From positions 1,844,989-1,908,988 of the forward strand of contig CAVNZM010000011.1 in assembly GCA_963693365.1 (NCBI GenBank): DNA of 64,000 nucleotides, written 5' to 3'. Origin of the DNA: Amoebidium appalachense (Eukaryota; Protista; Ichthyosporea). Both the position numbers and the translations under genes were made by a program. Under the pieces are notes generated by a model. That model was not told the DNA's origin. It saw only the letters and a list, made by a program, of their open reading frames with translations, and searched no databases. Below, one piece after another: positions 14,795-26,882 of this stretch (within the stretch, counting starts at the first letter, position 1; every line of letters begins with the position of its first letter).

Positions 14795-14834
14795 CGCCCC
14801 ACCGTAAAAAGAAGTATGTCGTCCTCGACATACG

Positions 14835-17800
14835 TCACCATGCTCCACACAATGAGTCAATGTATCCGTGGAACGATGCAAGGTCACCTCTGCGTTGGTG
14901 GAACTCTCGGATCTTGTCCGGGCAGGCTAAGTCTTTCTCACACTCCCAAGAAGTGAATGAATCATCTTTGCCTGCCCACTTGATCTGGTACCACTTGTAG
15001 GGGTGGATTGCTTGCGCCGTTTCTGAATTCTTACGTCAAGCACCTTTTCCACCACCCACTCGTCCGGCAGAACCTTGTTGAAGTTGTGACTATCGCCCGT
15101 GTCCGGGAGGTGAGAGAGATCTTGAGGCCGAATTCTATTTTGCTCACTCAATTCAAGCTGAATATCGTCCACGTGCCACTTAGATTTCTTCATAGTTGCT
15201 AAGCTTCGGATCTCGTACGTGACCGGGCCGACCCTTTTGACGATTTCGTAACCCGTAATCCACCGTACATCCCAGGCACCGATATTTTTGGCTTGATTCC
15301 GAACACGTATCCGTGCACCCTTCTTAAATTCACGAGCCACCGAGGGGCCGGGGGGCTCTCGTACGGCACGTTGCTGGACCACTGCACGGAGCAGAGGCAG
15401 ACGGGCTAGTAACTCTCGCCGGTATGCCTTCCACTCTGGGTCCTTGAGTGCCGGGTGGTTACTGCTAAGAAGGGCAACGTCAGGGAATTGTGTTGCTTCT
15501 TGCCCGTACACAAGATAATACGGTGTACATTGCAAAATTTTGTGTGTTGTTGTGTTGTATGCATGTGTAACCACCGGCAACAGAGTGTCCCAATTAGTGT
15601 GCTCATAATTAACGTACTTTGAGAGTGCATTATTAATAAATCTATGAGACCGTTCATTGGAACCGTTGCTTTGTGGGTGATATGCAGAGGTGCTCACTTG
15701 TGCAATATTTGCTATACGGCAAATCTCAATAATTAGCTCATTGAGAAATTCTGATCCTTGATCACTCAAGAGTGTGCGAGGGGGGCCGTGTATATAGCAA
15801 ATTACATTCATGAGTGCATGTGCAACATTAACGGCATGCTTAGATTGGATGGGCACAGTGATTAAATACTTCGTTGCCATAGCCATAAACACACAAATGA
15901 AAGTATTACCATTTTTCGTTTCTGTAAACGGACCCATAAGGTCAACAGAAACACGAGAGAACATTTTTAAATTTTCGTATCTCTGTTCAAATGGCCTACT
16001 TCTCAAGTGTGGGTTATCGTTACGGCCTTCAAGGGCACTGTGTGCAGGCATTCACATAAGCAGTGATATCTTTGTGCATGCGTGGCCAATAATAATTGTA
16101 TAATCTTTCGTAAGTTCGTTCAATGCCAGTATGAGCCCCCCGTCGTGCACACTTCTTAATAAATCAGCACGAAGGATTTCGGGCACATACAGGCAACGAC
16201 GACCATCCTTAGCCACATGATAAAGCACGTCATCCTCTATCACACACATTTGTGCTATTTTCTTAACCTTTTTGTATCCGAAATACTCAAGATTAAGACC
16301 GTGTGCAGCTCGTTCCCCCCCTGCCTGCCATTCCCGTTTGGCCTCGGCATCGAGGGAGGCAAGCCACCGTAGCCACGTGATTATGTCCTTACACATTTTG
16401 TCCCCCCCTGTGCCATCATAATTGCTTCCTTTTGATAGCCGGCACCACCGAGTGCAGAAAGGGAGGGCAGGCCGGCTTGACTGAGTGCAGAAATTTGTGC
16501 ACATTTCAAGCGGTCTGGATCGAAAATGTGTGTGAATTCGAGTGCATCACCCCAATCAACAAACACTTCGGCTGGTTTCGAGCTAAGCTCGGATAAATCT
16601 GCTGTGAGAACCTCTTGTAATTCCTTTTTCACATCCCACCTTTCCAGTGGTATGTTTTCGTTCTCATGCAGAATATATCCTATACGGCTTAACCCATCAG
16701 CATCGTGCATGGTAGGGCCAGGACGGTAGTATAGATCGAAATCATACTCCTGCATTTCCAAAGGCCACCGTTGCATCCGTTCGTTTGCTATCCGTTTGAC
16801 ACCTTTAAGAGAAAGACAGGGCTTATGGTCACTTTCCACAATAGTATTAACTCGACCATACACGTACACCCTAAACTCTTTCAGTGCCCAATAGATTGCA
16901 TGCGTTTCTCGTTCGATGTTGCTCCACCTACGTTCGGTAGGTTGAAACATCCGGGAGGCATAAGCCACCGTGCGGAACTTGCCATCTTGTTGTTTTTGAT
17001 ACAGGCAAGCCCCTTCCGAGAACCGACTAGCATCACAACGAATAAGAAACTGACCCCCCGTGGGGGAAAGATCGGGCAGGGCAAGCACTTCCTCCGATAA
17101 CGCCGATTTTAAATCTTTAAACGAGCGATCTAATTCGTCCGTCCATTTTAACCGTCGGTGTTTTTCTCCGTAACACTCGGCATTCATGGGTCGGGCTCGC
17201 TCTGCATAATTTAAAATGTGACGGCGGAGATAGGAAGTAATACCCAGAAAACCCCGGAGTTGGTGTAGTGTGTTTGGTACCGGCCAATCTTTTACTGCCT
17301 GAACCTTTTTCGGGTCGGGCCGAATGCCATTCACACCTACAATCCAACCCAAAAACGGTATTTCCGTTAGCCCAATGTATGTCTTTGCCCCATCGAGCTT
17401 AACACCATATTCACCGAGACGGGTGAAAAGTCGGTCAAGCTTCTGTATTAATTCTTTTTCGGTGTGTGCACCCACAGCTAAATCATCGGCATATATCACC
17501 ACGTCATCGGCCAGAGGGGCCAAAATCTGTGTCATGATAGATGCTAGCTGGGACGGGGAAGTACTGAGCCCCTGTGGTGCCACACAATAACGATACTGCA
17601 CACCAGCCACAGAAAATCCTGTTTTTTCACGTGACTCAGCGTCCAGCAGTATTTGGTAAAAGGCACCCGACATATCAGCTTTACAGAAATACTTATACCC
17701 AGCCAACTTCTCTATTTGTTGTTGCAAGTTGGGCATGGGCCAGGCAGATTTTCGAATTTGCTTGTTAAGAGCACGAAAATCAGTCAGCAGACGGTATTTT

Positions 17801-19261
17801 CCGTTTGGTTTTCAAGTATTACGAAGGTGGGTGAATTATACTGACTGTGTGCTTGTTCCATCTGCCCTCTACGACACATATCCTCCACGATCTCCTTTGC
17901 AGCCTGCTCTTTCACTTGTTCCAACCTCCACTGTTTTAATCGAATCGGTGGGTTATCTCCCGTGTCTATGTGCATGGTGAATCCTTTAATCTGAGGAAAT
18001 TCGTCGGGGTCCGTAGTGATGAAGCAACGAGAGTGTGCTTCTAATAGTTTCTTGACCTCCGGAAGCATACTCTGAGGCACCCTATCCCAATCAAAACCGT
18101 GGGGAGCCTGGCCGGCATCGTGTGCACCCCCACCCGAAATTTCCGAAATTTTTCGCGGGGGGGGGGGGGGGGGGTTTCATGATCAACGGCACACATTGAT
18201 TGGTCGATCGGTGAGTGTATCGGACCGCCTCGTGTCCCACTCACATGCCCTTCGTGCCCACACATGTTATCGGTAGGCACCCGGCCCGGTGGCACGGCCG
18301 GAGGTGAATTGGGTAGGCAACCTTCTCCACCCCCCGTTGCCCACCTGATGCACTGCGCTATTGCACCAACGACGGTTTGTGTACGACTGGGGTGGGGTTC
18401 GGCTTGCAAAACACTCAGTTCGTGTATGTACTCATGTCGGCTCGTAGGAACGAAATGACCGATGGTACCGAACACGCTCAAATCCGGACCCACACCATTT
18501 TCGCACACAACAGCAATAGATTTATCCACACTAATTTCACAGATGGTGGGGGGGAACTTATCTCGAAATTCACGAGTAGGCTCGAAGATACCGAGGGTGC
18601 CAGCAGCAGCAGCAGCAGCAGTCACCTGCACCGTTGCACGTAATACACATCCAAAGCCAGATTTGACGGTGGTGTCGTGCTTGACGGTAACGGGACACAT
18701 TGTGTAGGGGGTGTGCAAAGATGACGTCGGCACCACCATCCCCGACACCAGTGTTAGTGAGTGTGCTTGATGATTAGTGGTGGCAATGTGTTTGTTGGCA
18801 AAATCGTTCCCAATAATCATGTCATGCTTAATATTTTTAATTACTAAGCAAGGCCACATGAATGTTTGAGAACCGAGGCATAACGGGAGCATCACTTCAC
18901 CACTCACAGCTAGAGCTTTATCGTTTTTCCTTACAGAAGTAACAATCACATCCGAGGGTTGCAAAGCAAACTCCTGCATGTGTCGGGAAAAAACAGCTTC
19001 ACTAACCACCGTGAATGATGCCCCAGTGTCAAACAATGCAAAGTATTTTTCATTACTCAACGTAACATTAACATAGATACGTCTTCCTGCATTGCATATG
19101 GCACTTATATCGAACACTTTTCTTATTCTATCGAGTGTTCGAAGTTTCTTTGTGGGGGGGGATAGGTGTGGGGGGGTGGGGGGTCGGGGGTCGGGGGAAG
19201 GGGGGCTCGGAGGGGGGAATATCGGAAGAAGCCGGGGCAGAAGCACATGGTATAGGCACAT
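14835..19261 (-). CDS. Gypsy pol polyprotein (PR, RT, RNase H, integrase, chromodomain), broken by several frameshifts
   Basis: LFDTGAS protease; KADMSGAFYQ, PQGL, IYADDL RT; CDAS, IERETHA, ESDHKP, DADGLSR RNase H; SVDLMGP, SDQGSEF, SNERSH integrase; EWVVEKVLD...YQIKWAG..SWECEKDL chromodomain after a frameshift near 15000. Confidence 0.9.
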
Positions 19262-19344
19262 TTTTAATTACTTTTTCGTGACCCACTGGGTCACAATGTG
19301 CAATACGTGCCGTATCCGTGCATCCAGCACGGTCCGGCAATTAC

Positions 19345-21121
19345 CTATTTATCACTTTGCTTGCCCTTGTTCTTCTTGGCAGCTCGGGTGGGGCAATCTT
19401 TAAAACGATGCCCCGGCTGCTTGCATGCCCAACAATAGGGCCCCCTCTTATCTTTCTTATTTTCCTTAGCCCATTTGCCCCCCCCATTAGATTTACCCTT
19501 ACCACCAACATTACCCCCACTACCTCCGTAGCCACCCCCGTGACCACCACCACCACCACCATGCCCCCCATTACCACCACCCATCTCATCTACAGCACCC
19601 ACATTACGGTTACATTTTAAATTGTGAGCACCCACATCAGCCTCATACCGTCGGATGACACGGGCCATGGCTTGCTTGAGGGTGGTTGCAGCCCGGGCCT
19701 CCGAACAAAGGTCCGGGTAGTCGTTGAGGGTACGTTGGTAATGATGAAGCACAACCTCGGGCATGTTCTTGAGACCCGTGTTGGAGACGATGCAATTAAA
19801 TTTCTTGTGGAATGTCTTTATCGAGGCCCGAGTGTGCATAAAACGAAGCTTGTTCAGCTCGTTAAAATGCTCCTCCTTACGTTCCTTGTCTAAATACTTC
19901 TCAAGGAACTTAGCCCAAAAATCGTCGATGCCGGTGCACGTGGAGAGGTCGACGTTGTCGGCAGCATCTCGGGGGTCCCCGGGGCCCATGCACATACGAA
20001 TAAACATCAACGTGCGATTCAAGCCCACCAACTCCATAATACAAAAAGAAAATTAAATGATGTTGGAGTTGTTTGTAGAATTCGTCGATATCGGCATCTG
20101 CCTCGAGCATAGGACGGGACTGAATTGCTGCTGAGGGGATGTGTTGAATCTTTTCCTTCCCCTCCCGGTCGTCACCGTTGCCGTCGTTACCGTCACCGTC
20201 ATCACCACCGTCACCGTCGTCGCCACCACCATCACCACCACCACCACCGGCACCACCAGCACCGTTAGCACCTCCGGCACCATTAGCACCACCGGCACCA
20301 CCGTCAGCACCACCGTCCGGGGGAGGTGGGGGGCCACCGCCACCTGCATTACCATCCCCATTTTCGTTGGCAGCAGGAGGGGGGTTGTTATGCCCCCCCC
20401 GGCCACCACCACGTCCACCCCTACCACCTCGGCCAGAGTTCTTACGGGGGCCCCGTCCGGCACGAACCCACGAGGGGAGCATGCTTGGATGAAATTTTCG
20501 AGGGCCCCGGTTACCATAATAAGTAACCACTAGGTCGAGCTCACCACGACTAAGAGTCACTAACTGATTGATAAATTCATGTGACTTAGTGATGGGGGAA
20601 GACTGCCCTGAAAGGCACGCGTAGTTTTGCCTGGAAGTGAATACATTCGCGAGGGCGAGTAGTTGTTGGTGGAGCATGGTGAGTGCCGACGACGAACGGT
20701 ACAGTGCCGTGCGCGCTGTACAGCTGGCAAACTTCGATACCAAAAATGCCAGCAGCACGAACAGAAGGAGACACCCAAGAACGCACCAGCACCAAGCTGC
20801 CAGGCTCACGCCCGTCTTGTTGTGCAAATTTGCATACTCCGTTAGGGCGCGTATCAGGGCGTCTGGTGCCTCTGCTTGCGTTTGCGTTGACCTCGACTTC
20901 CAGCCCGTGGAGAAGGTCGACTGATGAATGTCGATTGTCTTCAGGTGGCAGGTCTTCGGGGTCAAATGATTGGCCGTAGTCGGTTTCCCCTGAACGAAAA
21001 GAGAAGCAGTATTGATTGTCGTGTTGCAAGTCGTGTGAACGGAAGTAGACACGGTCGAGCAACGGAATGTCTGCTCCAGGAGGGTGCCACGGTGAAGAGC
21101 CGGGGGGGGAAAGGGGAACAT
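19345..21121 (-). CDS. Gypsy gag with CCHC zinc knuckle and a long N-terminal extension (one frameshift near 20045)
   Basis: ORFs 19910-21199 and 19345-20037 join by removing one T in a T-run; C-terminal CWACKQPGHRFKDC knuckle; Gly-rich linker. Confidence 0.8.
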
Positions 21122-21130
21122 TATAGCCGA

Positions 21131-21160
21131 CATCAGCAAACTTCCCGGAAGTATTGCCAA
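21131..21160 (+). repeat. Left terminal inverted repeat
   Basis: Reverse complement of 36938-36967 with 2 mismatches. Confidence 0.9.
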
Positions 21161-22100
21161 CGTATTTTTTGCTATTGGCGCTATTGGCGATATTGGCAAT
21201 AGAACCCCTTGCCGCCAATAGGAACGCCATATTGCAATAATATTGCTTTGGTATTGTCAATGGTAATACAGTACCAATACCCTCTATTGTCGATATCCCG
21301 CTGATATGAATATATTATCCAGTATATGTTACATCAATATCGCCAATACATTAGAGTGCCATTACATTGCCATTGCATTACTATTGCGCTAGCATTATAG
21401 ACGTATTGCCAATATCAATTATACCCGGGCGATATTACAATAACAACCAAATAATATCAAAAATACAGATAATGATATGGATAATACTGTATTTTCGCAT
21501 TGTAGTTGCACTATGAACGCATTATTAATGTATTGCCAATATGTAGTAATTCATAGAAATACAAAGATTTAAATATCAAGAAACATATAAACAATGTATT
21601 GCCAACATATGATCCAACTATAATCAATATATAAATGCGGTATCGCCGATAGGTTGCTTATATATCGTGAGTATATTGATGACATAAACAGGTATGATTA
21701 ATACACTCCCAACACATTACAAATAAGAAATATGTAAGTATGTTCCATATCAAGCATATATTGCCAACATACGAATGATACCACCACCATAAAGATATAA
21801 GTGTTGATAATGCATTACATATATATTATAAATATCACACTATATTATCCAAATACATTGCCAATAAATTGATAATGGGAACGAATGCATGCAAAGTACA
21901 GTATAAGTGCGCTTATAATATGAAAGGCATATCGGAGTAACGTCTTATATCTAAGAATAATACATATGACGAACATTGCCAATGTATTAATAAGCTATTA
22001 TTAATACATTGGCAATCACATGCTCAATATATTGGCAATATGCACACGGTACGGTAAGCACAGCCCCATGATCATTATCAATGAATTGCCAATGTATTGC
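21150..22100. repeat. Subterminal field of TTGCCAAT/ATTGGCAA motifs in both orientations
   Basis: Many attgccaa(t/c)a and tattggcaat copies in AT-rich DNA, including a perfect 19-bp-arm palindrome at 21975-22016. Confidence 0.8.
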
Positions 22101-22202
22101 ACATGTCGACATCCATACGTGTTCCGTATGGTCACTTTATTAACTTCGGTTGGATAGTGGCATCAAGCACACAAGTAAACAACACAACTAATATACCACC
22201 CC

Positions 22203-22540
22203 AAGAGCAACACAGAAACGAAACACGGAAACAACAGCAGCCATAGGACAAAGAGCCCCAGACCCACAGGGTCTTGCCTCCATACTTTATTTACCTTAAC
22301 AGGACAAAGAGCCGGTACCCACCTATGGGTGCTAAACATGCACATGATCATTCATGTGCTATAAGAGCAACACAGAAACGAAACACGGAAACAACAGCAG
22401 CCATAGGACAAAGAGCCCCAGACCCACAGGGTCTTGCCTCCATACTTTATTTACCTTAACAGGACAAAGAGCCGGTACCCACCTATGAAACGAAAAACGG
22501 AAACAACAGCAGCCATAGGACAAAGAGCCGGTACCCACCT
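22203..22540. repeat. Tandem duplication (~125-bp core, two copies plus a partial one)
   Basis: aagagcaacacagaaacg...gccggtacccacctatg at 22203 and 22364, partial third copy at 22488. Confidence 0.85.
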
Positions 22541-23104
22541 CTAGATGATAACGTAGCCTTATAGCTGCTGATGACTTCATGGGCCAACCTTGCCAAAACC
22601 TGTAAAGGAACTCGAGCTAAGAATTAGCTCATCCTACTTGCGAGAAGTGGGGGGAGAGGGGGGGGGGGGGGGGGGGGGGACTGAGGGGGCTGACTGAGAG
22701 TGGCAAAAAAAGAGTCGACAGAACCAACCTCAAACATAGTAAGGACGGAAACCCGGACCAGAACTTATGAAGTCTAGAGAAGCAGAAAATAGCTTGAACG
22801 ATCGGTGGAGGGGACGATAGCTATAGTGCTAACAGCAAAAGTAGTGCCCACAGTCGCTGGTTCATGAACGTGAAAGGCAACGTGCATCTGCAGCCAGCAG
22901 ACACACGCACACGCACGCACGCACACACACATACACACACACACACACAGACACAGACACAGACATAATCACAGGACGGACACAGACCAGACAGACAAAC
23001 GCCATATGCACAAAAGCAGGCAACACAAAACTAACCTTCAAGAAGAAGCTGCAGCATGCAGCATGGTCCAAAACAATCAGCGCGGTGGCTGCGCGATCTG
23101 CGGA

Positions 23105-23215
23105 GGGGATCTGTGACCAGGCGCTGCGGGAAGGGAACTGCGACCAGGCGACCTGCGGGAAGGGACCTGCGACCAGGCGACCTGCGGGAAAGGACCTGCG
23201 TACCTGCGCGAAGGG
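23105..23215. repeat. ~30-bp minisatellite
   Basis: ctgcgaccaggcgacctgcgggaaggga repeated about 3 times. Confidence 0.75.
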
Positions 23216-23568
23216 GGAAGAGAAATGGAGAAAACAACGTGCGTACAAACTTAAATGGAGAAAAAATTGCAAACCGGATTGGGATTTAGCCAATCACTAT
23301 TCGCCGCGCCTGATTAGGAAAAAGATAAAAATAGATTTCGGCTCGCGCGCGCGCGTGCATCAGCTTGGTGCCCTTAGCGCTACCCTTAGTGCCCTTAGTC
23401 GCAACTATCAGACTATAGTTACGTGTCCTCCACTTCTTTGTTCTTGACCATTTTTTCGGCATGAAAGGGTTTCTGTTACTTCTTGCTGTCCTTCTTAGCG
23501 TGCTTGCTTGTCTTTTTTTCAACATGGGTGTCACTGGCGCTTTCGACTTCTTTGAAATCACACACACA

Positions 23569-23599
<31 letters not shown>

Positions 23600-24147
23600 G
23601 CGCGCACGCACACACACTCACACATGCACACTGCACACACACACACACACACACACACAGGCGCGCACACACAGGCACGCACACACACAGGCGCACACCT
23701 ACACAACACACAGCACATGCACACACAAGCGCACACACGCACACACCCTGTTATCCCTGATCATGATGCCCCCTCCCCCCTCCCTCTTCCCCCCCCGCGC
23801 ACCCCCCCCCCCCCCCCCCCCCCCCCCACCCACCCCACCCACCCACCTACAAAGACGAAAACATTGTACATGTATTGCATACACAAATATACTCGCACAT
23901 ATACATACACACATTCACTTTAATCTTTCAGGCTACATGTGCAATATACATTAATTATGCACAGTCGATAGAATTCGTTGTGAAACCCCCCCCCCCCCCC
24001 CCCCCCCCTCCCCCCTCCTCGTTCCCCCCATATGCAATGGGGATAATATTGTTTCCCGCTATTAATTAAAAAATCACCGTTCTAACTTCCTAAGACCGAA
24101 CCACTTGTAACACCGACAGTTTCGGTTGTGTGGAACCCCCCCCCCCC

Positions 24148-24182
<35 letters not shown>

Positions 24183-24390
24183 CCCCCCAACCCACCCACC
24201 ACCTTACCAATATTGAGGTGTACACTGCCCCCACATCCCCAACTGTGTGCTGAATATCCCGTGCTAGGAAACCAATAACGTGAAAGTAACACATGCCGCA
24301 TGTGGGTAGTTATTGAAAAAACCAATAATGTCTAGGTAACATACTATGTACATATACTATGCTACAAAGGGGGTTCTATACGAGCTACAA

Positions 24391-24466
24391 GGGGGGCGGG
24401 TTGGTGCAATGGTAAGATCTCTGCGTGTCAAGCTCAAAGTCGCAGGATCGATCCTGGTTACTTCCG
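24391..24466 (+). promoter_or_regulatory. tRNA-derived Pol III promoter head (A and B boxes); not a functional tRNA
   Basis: A box TGGTGCAATGG; B box/T arm CAGGATCGATCCTG at tRNA-like spacing; acceptor stem poorly paired; T6 at 24468-24473. Confidence 0.6.
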
Positions 24467-24842
24467 ATTTTTTCTGCCTCGACGGTCCACCGGTCTGGCC
24501 GCCCCCTAGAAGCCATCACCCCAGACCACGTCAAAGCAGCACCACCAATTTGTTATCACCCGGCCGTAAGACATGACGTCATGAACAGCACCGGCCCTCT
24601 GACGTCGACGGCGCGCCGCTTGGGCATCCCGGCCCAACGTTCAAGTGGGAGACCAATCCGAGTCACCGGCCACGGTTCGGGTCAGCGTCCTGGGCATGGG
24701 GTCTTCCCTTTCAAGTCTTTATGTTTGTGTATGTGTCCCGGGTCGCTCCCGGCTGGTGTTGTTAAAGTGAGCTGTGCTCATTCCCCACTAGCGTTGCTGC
24801 GGCTAGAACCGTGGGATAAGGCGTAACTAAAAATAGTGCCAG

Positions 24843-26420
24843 TTGGGGTCAATTAGAATCCTGACTTATGAGTGTGCTATACGTCTCCTATGGGAAAAGC
24901 TTGCTGCACGGGGTGTACCACACTGCATTGGTGTTCTGTTAGAAGCACTCTTGTCTCAAACCTATGGTAGAGCTGTGGTTAATGGGCATCTTTCATATGG
25001 TTTTGCTCGTACTAGAGGTCTCTTGCAGGGCTCATTGCTTAGCCCCTTTTTGTTTAACCTATTTATAGATGATTTGGCTGTCAAGATTTACGCCGAAAAC
25101 GATGACCCTATTAATAACTTTCCGCCTGCACTTCTCTATGCTGATGATCTGTCCCTCCTTGCCCGTACCCCTAGACGCCTGCAAAGATTGTTCGATGTAG
25201 TGTCAGAGTGGTGCAAGGCAAACCTTATGATCCTTAACATAGACAAATGTGGTGTTCTTGTACCTGATATAGCTAACAATTTACACACATTTACATTATC
25301 ATCTAAACCTGTACCTATAGTTCCAGAATACAAATATCTTGGTGTTCCGGTTGATTCTGTTGGTGTTATGTTTCCCCATATGGTCGAAAAGAGGGTAGAG
25401 TTGGCTCGTAAGCGGTTAGCTTTCTTCTCGGCTAATATTTTTAAAGACACACCCCTCCATCCTTCTATTAGACTTACATTTATTCGCACTTTTGTCTTCC
25501 CGGCATGTGAATATGGTTTACCCCTTCTCGCCGCTTGGATCAAGAAAGAGAGAACTAGAGCGCTTAAACCCTTGGCAAATTTCCTTGAAGCAGAAGTTGC
25601 CTCCTTTCTATCTAACAACTGTTGTAAACCTGGGCCTGTAACGCTCTCGATATATGGTCTGGTCCCAATAGCTGCTAGAGTATCCTATCTCGCGCTGAAA
25701 TTCAATAAGCACATAAGCCGCTTAAAGAAGTATTTGCCCTCCCACCCTCTCTTCTCTATCCGACCTGTCCCCTCCTCACCTCTCCCCTCTTTCCTCCCCT
25801 CTCTCTCCCCTTCTCCCCTGGGCACAAATACAAATAAACCCCGCAATAGTGTGTGTGTGACTTTGGACTGCCACTTACTTATTAAACATGTACACAATCA
25901 CAAGATAATCACGCAATATAACAAATGGAAAAAGATACCAAACGACACTAGACCCGATGAAAGCATACACCTTGAAAAACTAAGCCTTATGTCTCGTTTT
26001 ATATATACTGACCGCCTCAACCATATTGCCAAATATGGCACTCGCAAGTGTATAACACCTAAATACATATTACCTTCCTGTAGAACTGGTCTTTCTCTAG
26101 CTGATGGTATTATTGATCAATTACCACGCTTTTACTGTACACGTGCTATACAGTGGAGATCTAATAAGTATAAGGTGGCATCATTTGCATGCCCAAACAA
26201 CACACACACACACCAGTTTAACCGGTCATGTATCGCCAAATGTAGTTTGATAGACCACATAATACCGCAACACACACACGTCACATTCACAACAGACACC
26301 CAGAAAGATAGCCTACCTGTAAATTACAACATCCTTGATTTTATACTAAACACGCGTAACTACGACCTGTTTATTAGATGTATTGATTGGCTTGAGAAAC
26401 ACATCACTACAAAATTATAG
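24843..26420 (+). pseudogene. 5'-truncated LINE reverse transcriptase ORF
   Basis: GLLQGSLLSPFLFNLFIDDL, LLYADD, LNIDKCG, YKYLGV and a C-terminal Cys/His motif; no ATG start, no endonuclease or early RT domains. Confidence 0.9.
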
Positions 26421-26424
26421 CGCA

Positions 26425-26495
<71 letters not shown>

Positions 26496-26528
26496 CCAGC
26501 TGATACCGAGTGTCCCGAGGGGAGCCCC

Positions 26529-26575
<47 letters not shown>

Positions 26576-26882
26576 GGGGAACCCCAACTAATTGATTTCT
26601 CCTTGTAGTCTTTATGGTGTCTCGTAGAGAAAGTAAACCCTGATATATAGTCACCACCCGACATCTATGTACGTGATCATGATATACCGCTGAGGGGATA
26701 TTCCGAGCAAAACCCCCCCCCCCCATACCTGAGACTGGTTCTCTTTGCCTCGAGTAAACAGCGTAAACCCCCAGTACGATCTGTGTCTAGGCGGAAGACG
26801 GTAAGCTCCCCTGAGGCAGTGCCTCGCCGGGAGTGAAACGGGATAAAATAAAAAAAAAAAAAATAAAAAAAAAAATAAAAAA

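Larger units (their letters stand above)
24391..26882 (+). mobile_element. Retroposed chimera: tRNA-derived SINE-like head fused to a 5'-truncated LINE (family A) with poly(A) tail
   Basis: 13-bp TSD atacgagctacaa (24378-24390 / 26883-26895) inside a satellite unit; A-rich tail 26866-26882; tRNA-like 5' end; RT ORF lacks its N-terminal domains. Confidence 0.85.

Noticed and set aside
24391-24466. Functional tRNA gene
   Set aside because: Acceptor and anticodon stems pair poorly, and it is the 5' end of a TSD-flanked retro-insertion.
26790-26850. Hammerhead ribozyme in the LINE 3' region
   Set aside because: CTGAGGC...GAAAC lacks the CUGANGA core, and I could not build the three stems.
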